Shown here in pieces: positions 60,879-64,000 of a DNA stretch of 64,000 nucleotides (position 1 is its first letter; each line of letters opens with the position of its first letter). The stretch spans positions 295,243 to 359,242 of the forward strand of contig JBNGIO010006099.1 in the NCBI GenBank assembly GCA_049999805.1, in the 5' to 3' direction. Origin of the DNA: Folioceros fuciformis. Its lineage: Eukaryota. The position numbers were made by a program, and so were the translations under genes. The notes under the pieces were generated by a model. That model was given only the letters and a program-made list of their open reading frames with translations. It made no database searches and was not told where the DNA came from.

Positions 60879-61995
60879 AGCCCCGCTCCTGGTGCTCGGC
60901 GTGGTGCTGCTCGAGATCTCCCTCCCGGCAGAACGAATAGCTCACAAAGCGCTGCCTCGGCTCCGGGATGTCATGAATAACAGGTGTGCAATCACGCTTG
61001 TCCGAGAGAGGAGACGATCGGCAATCGGATCTCACAGCAATTTCACTCCTTGGCTCCCTGGGACGAGCAGGATCCAGAATCCCGTAGCCATTCACGAGGC
61101 AGACACGGCACGAGCACACATGCCGTAGCACTGAATCTCACAACTTACTCTCGTCATCCCAGAACGAGAAGTGGCTGGCGCAACATACTGTACATGGCCT
61201 ACATCGCTAACCTCAATACGATACGCCATCGTAACTTTTTTTTTTTTTTTTTCCCCCATTGCAACGTTGGAGAGAAGACTCTACTTCCGTAAGGGTCCTA
61301 TGTTTTTTACGACAGGCCCGGCCCCGGTTCTTATCATAAGGCAATGAAATTCGTCGAGTAATTCGGTATACACGTGAAATGAAGAATTATCAAAGTACTG
61401 TACATACGTCCAGGTCCGTGAGCCAGTGTTAGACAGCTCAATTCCAGTTAGATGCAGGCAAAAAGGCACAGCCATTGGGCGGGCCGACCGTTGCAGATCA
61501 GGGGGAGATATTTTTTTGGATGGGATTTGTTACATCGACGGCATATCGTGAAGGCCTGTCCTTGAAACGTGGCATGCTTGAAATTTGGATCGTGGCAGCG
61601 CGCCCTTTTGTGACAGTGGCTCCGTCCCCAGCAGAGGGATCACTCTTCATACAATCTATCATCTTTTCAGTAGGTCTGTACCAGACTAGTACACAACGGC
61701 GTGGTTGTTAGCACCATCTTGTGGGTTTCACGAAGGTGAGCCGCGGGTGGAAAAGGCAAGGCCGGGCAACATACCACACGGTCAAGTCCTGGCCAACTGG
61801 TAAGCACAGGGAGCACGGAAGGCAACTTGACCGCAGGCAACCTCTCGAAACCGGCAGGACCCAGTGCACACAATCCATGCAAGATAATGTCAAGTTGATT
61901 GCGAATCGTTAATAAAAAGGAGAGGCTCCCAAATCCCTTAAGTGCAAGCCACAAGTCCCATGATGGGAAAAATCCTTCAAATCGAGCTGGGTGAC

Positions 61996-64000
61996 TCACA
62001 GTCCCAGTCCTACCGTTCGCCCGTCCCTGCGCCGCAGACCAGCAGTGAACTGCTTCTCCAGATCCTGCTGCAGCTCTCTCTGTTTCTCCGCGGTGAAGAG
62101 CCCGCTCTCTGCCTCCCCTGCATCCTTGTGCTCTCCCTTGACACCCTACAAGGGACGAGGGGTAGCATAGGACACTCAGGCTCTATACAGGTGTTAGCAA
62201 CGTGGGTTGGCAAATTCCACATGTCTTCAAAGCACCAACCGCAACAACTGAACTGCAAGTGTAAACCACATCTGTCTGTTCGGCAGCAACACCGAACCTA
62301 AGAAAGCGTGCTGTGAAGTACGGGCTAGAAAATGAAGCAAGGGCTCTGTAAGGTATCAGTTTCCTTACCATGAGCTTTTGGAACTTCTCTTGCCGATCAC
62401 GGTCAGCGAATTGCACAGTGTCCCATCGGTTTGTACCTGCTAAGGCGGCCGGTTCCTGGATTGGCGAACAATTCTACAATCATCCCACTGATGTCAAGAC
62501 TTGCACGACACTGCTGACTGACTCTTCCCGTGTCAAAACACAAGGCTCGACACCTCTACGGAGTTTTCGCTGTGGCAAACAACTTCTCACCTGCTCAACC
62601 TCTTTCTTCTTTCCCCACAGTAGCTTCTTCTTCTGATCAGCAGACAGACATCCAGAAACTCCGAGATTCTTGTTCACTGCACGAGATTTTCAAGATGGCG
62701 AGGAGCGTTAAAAATCTTGTGAGGACCGTCGACTCTACATCCACCGAATGCAACTTGTACAAAGCTCCGTCACTGAGCAACTAAAGCATAAGGAACATGT
62801 GGCACATAAGTTTGTGAAGCTCACCCATCTCTGCCGCCTTCAATGCAGCTAGCTTTGCAACAGAAAGGTCGTTAGCAAGGTCTCCAGTAGTTCCTCCTGG
62901 TTCAGACTGAGTATTAGCCTCAGGGCCCCACTTTGAGCTTTTCGACATTTTAGCCTCGCTGCAATTAACCACCCGCTTGCTCTCAGGTGGTGCCACGCCC
63001 GATTGCGGCGCCGGTGCAGACGACCTCTCAACCAAAGATGCGCGATCATCACCATCCACTGAACCACCAGTCGCTTCATTTTGGATCTCTCCATCTTCCA
63101 CCTTTGATGGTGATGCTTTTTCCGTAACCAACTTCGAATTTTCGTCCTGTCCTTTAGTACCCTCACCTGCTGCCTTGCTCTCACTCTGTCCGACAGCAGG
63201 TCTGTTCGAACCATCCGACCCATGCTCGTCTTCGACTGCTTCACTGGACAGACTTGCACGCTCTGTCTGCCCCGCATGGTTTTCCTTCTCTTGTAGAGAC
63301 AACGTCCCGCCGCCACTGGTTTTTTCTGCGCATGAAGCCCTTTTACTATTACTAGCATCCACATGATCATCCCTGTCTCTTAGTTGTTTAGCTTCTTTTG
63401 AAGCATAAACATCTGGGCGATGGTCTCGTTCCTTCAAATCCCCCCGCCCAATTCGATCCCTGAGGTCGTATCTTTCTTTCAGCCTATCTCTCTCCTTCAA
63501 GGTATCCTTACTCAGATGATCTTTGGCATCATCCCCATCCTTGTGCACCCTCTCACGCCGTCTGTCTCTGTCCCGAGGTTCATCCTTGTTGCTGACTCTG
63601 TCACCATCTCTAGCTCTGGCCCTCTCCCTCTCTCTGTCCCTCTCCCTCTCAGCATCTGGTACCGCGTTCGCATCCCTTCCACCGATGCGGGTCTCATTTC
63701 TTCCCCTGTCCCTCCCACGGTCTCTCTCCCTTTCCCTGTCCCTCGACCTATCCCATGCCCCCCTTCCTCTCTCTCTATCCCTGCTCCGATCCCAATCCTT
63801 GCCCCTTCCACGATCGCCATATCTGTCCCTTAAGCTCCTGTCATGCATTCGGTTATCACCATCTTGAGATGCGTGATCGTTCCTTCCTTCGCCATGTCCA
63901 TCCCGTCCTGAGTGGCTGCTGTAAGCTCGTTCGTGATGTCCAGATGGCTGTCGCCTACCGTAATCCCGGTCACTAGGTCTTGCAAAGCTGTTGCTCGTTC
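61996..64000 (-). CDS. Arginine/serine-rich coiled-coil protein 2-like (RD/RE-rich plus SMAP domain); 5' end outside the window
   Basis: RD/RE repeats, AKLAALKAAEM|VNKNL..DQKKKLLWGKK|..RWDTVQF..QEKFQKLM|GVK..LQQDLEKQFTAGLRRRDGRTVGLGL*. The frame stays open to base 64000. Confidence 0.9.

Overview
Plant nuclear DNA with two sharply different halves. The short introns, dense gene packing and probable FtsZ3 suggest a non-seed land plant such as a hornwort or lycophyte; this is an inference. Bases 1 to ~27 kb are a nest of decayed transposons, and ~27.2-64 kb hold 12 host genes or gene parts: fructokinase, CAAX protease, RPL36, FtsZ, LRR-III receptor kinase, ZFPL1-like, NPF transporter, RIN13-like/SNF2-RING helicase, NEMF/Rqc2, APC13, START/polyketide-cyclase protein and RSRC2-like (cut by the window edge). 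The main result comes from removing two L1-type LINEs at their target-site duplications (TSDs). This reconstructs a MuDR-like Mutator element: inverted repeats (4936-5113 and 25727-25900) enclose two convergent genes, a SWIM/MULE DDE transposase and, in the position mudrB occupies in MuDR, a stand-alone RPA70-C-like OB-fold/Zn-finger gene. The element was hit three times by one LINE family, including a 19-bp tail-only insertion whose empty site survives nearby, and once by a Gypsy-like gag-protease LTR element. One LINE carries telomeric (TTTAGGG) filler DNA at two deletion junctions. All calls come from manual reading and motif recognition; no searches were run.
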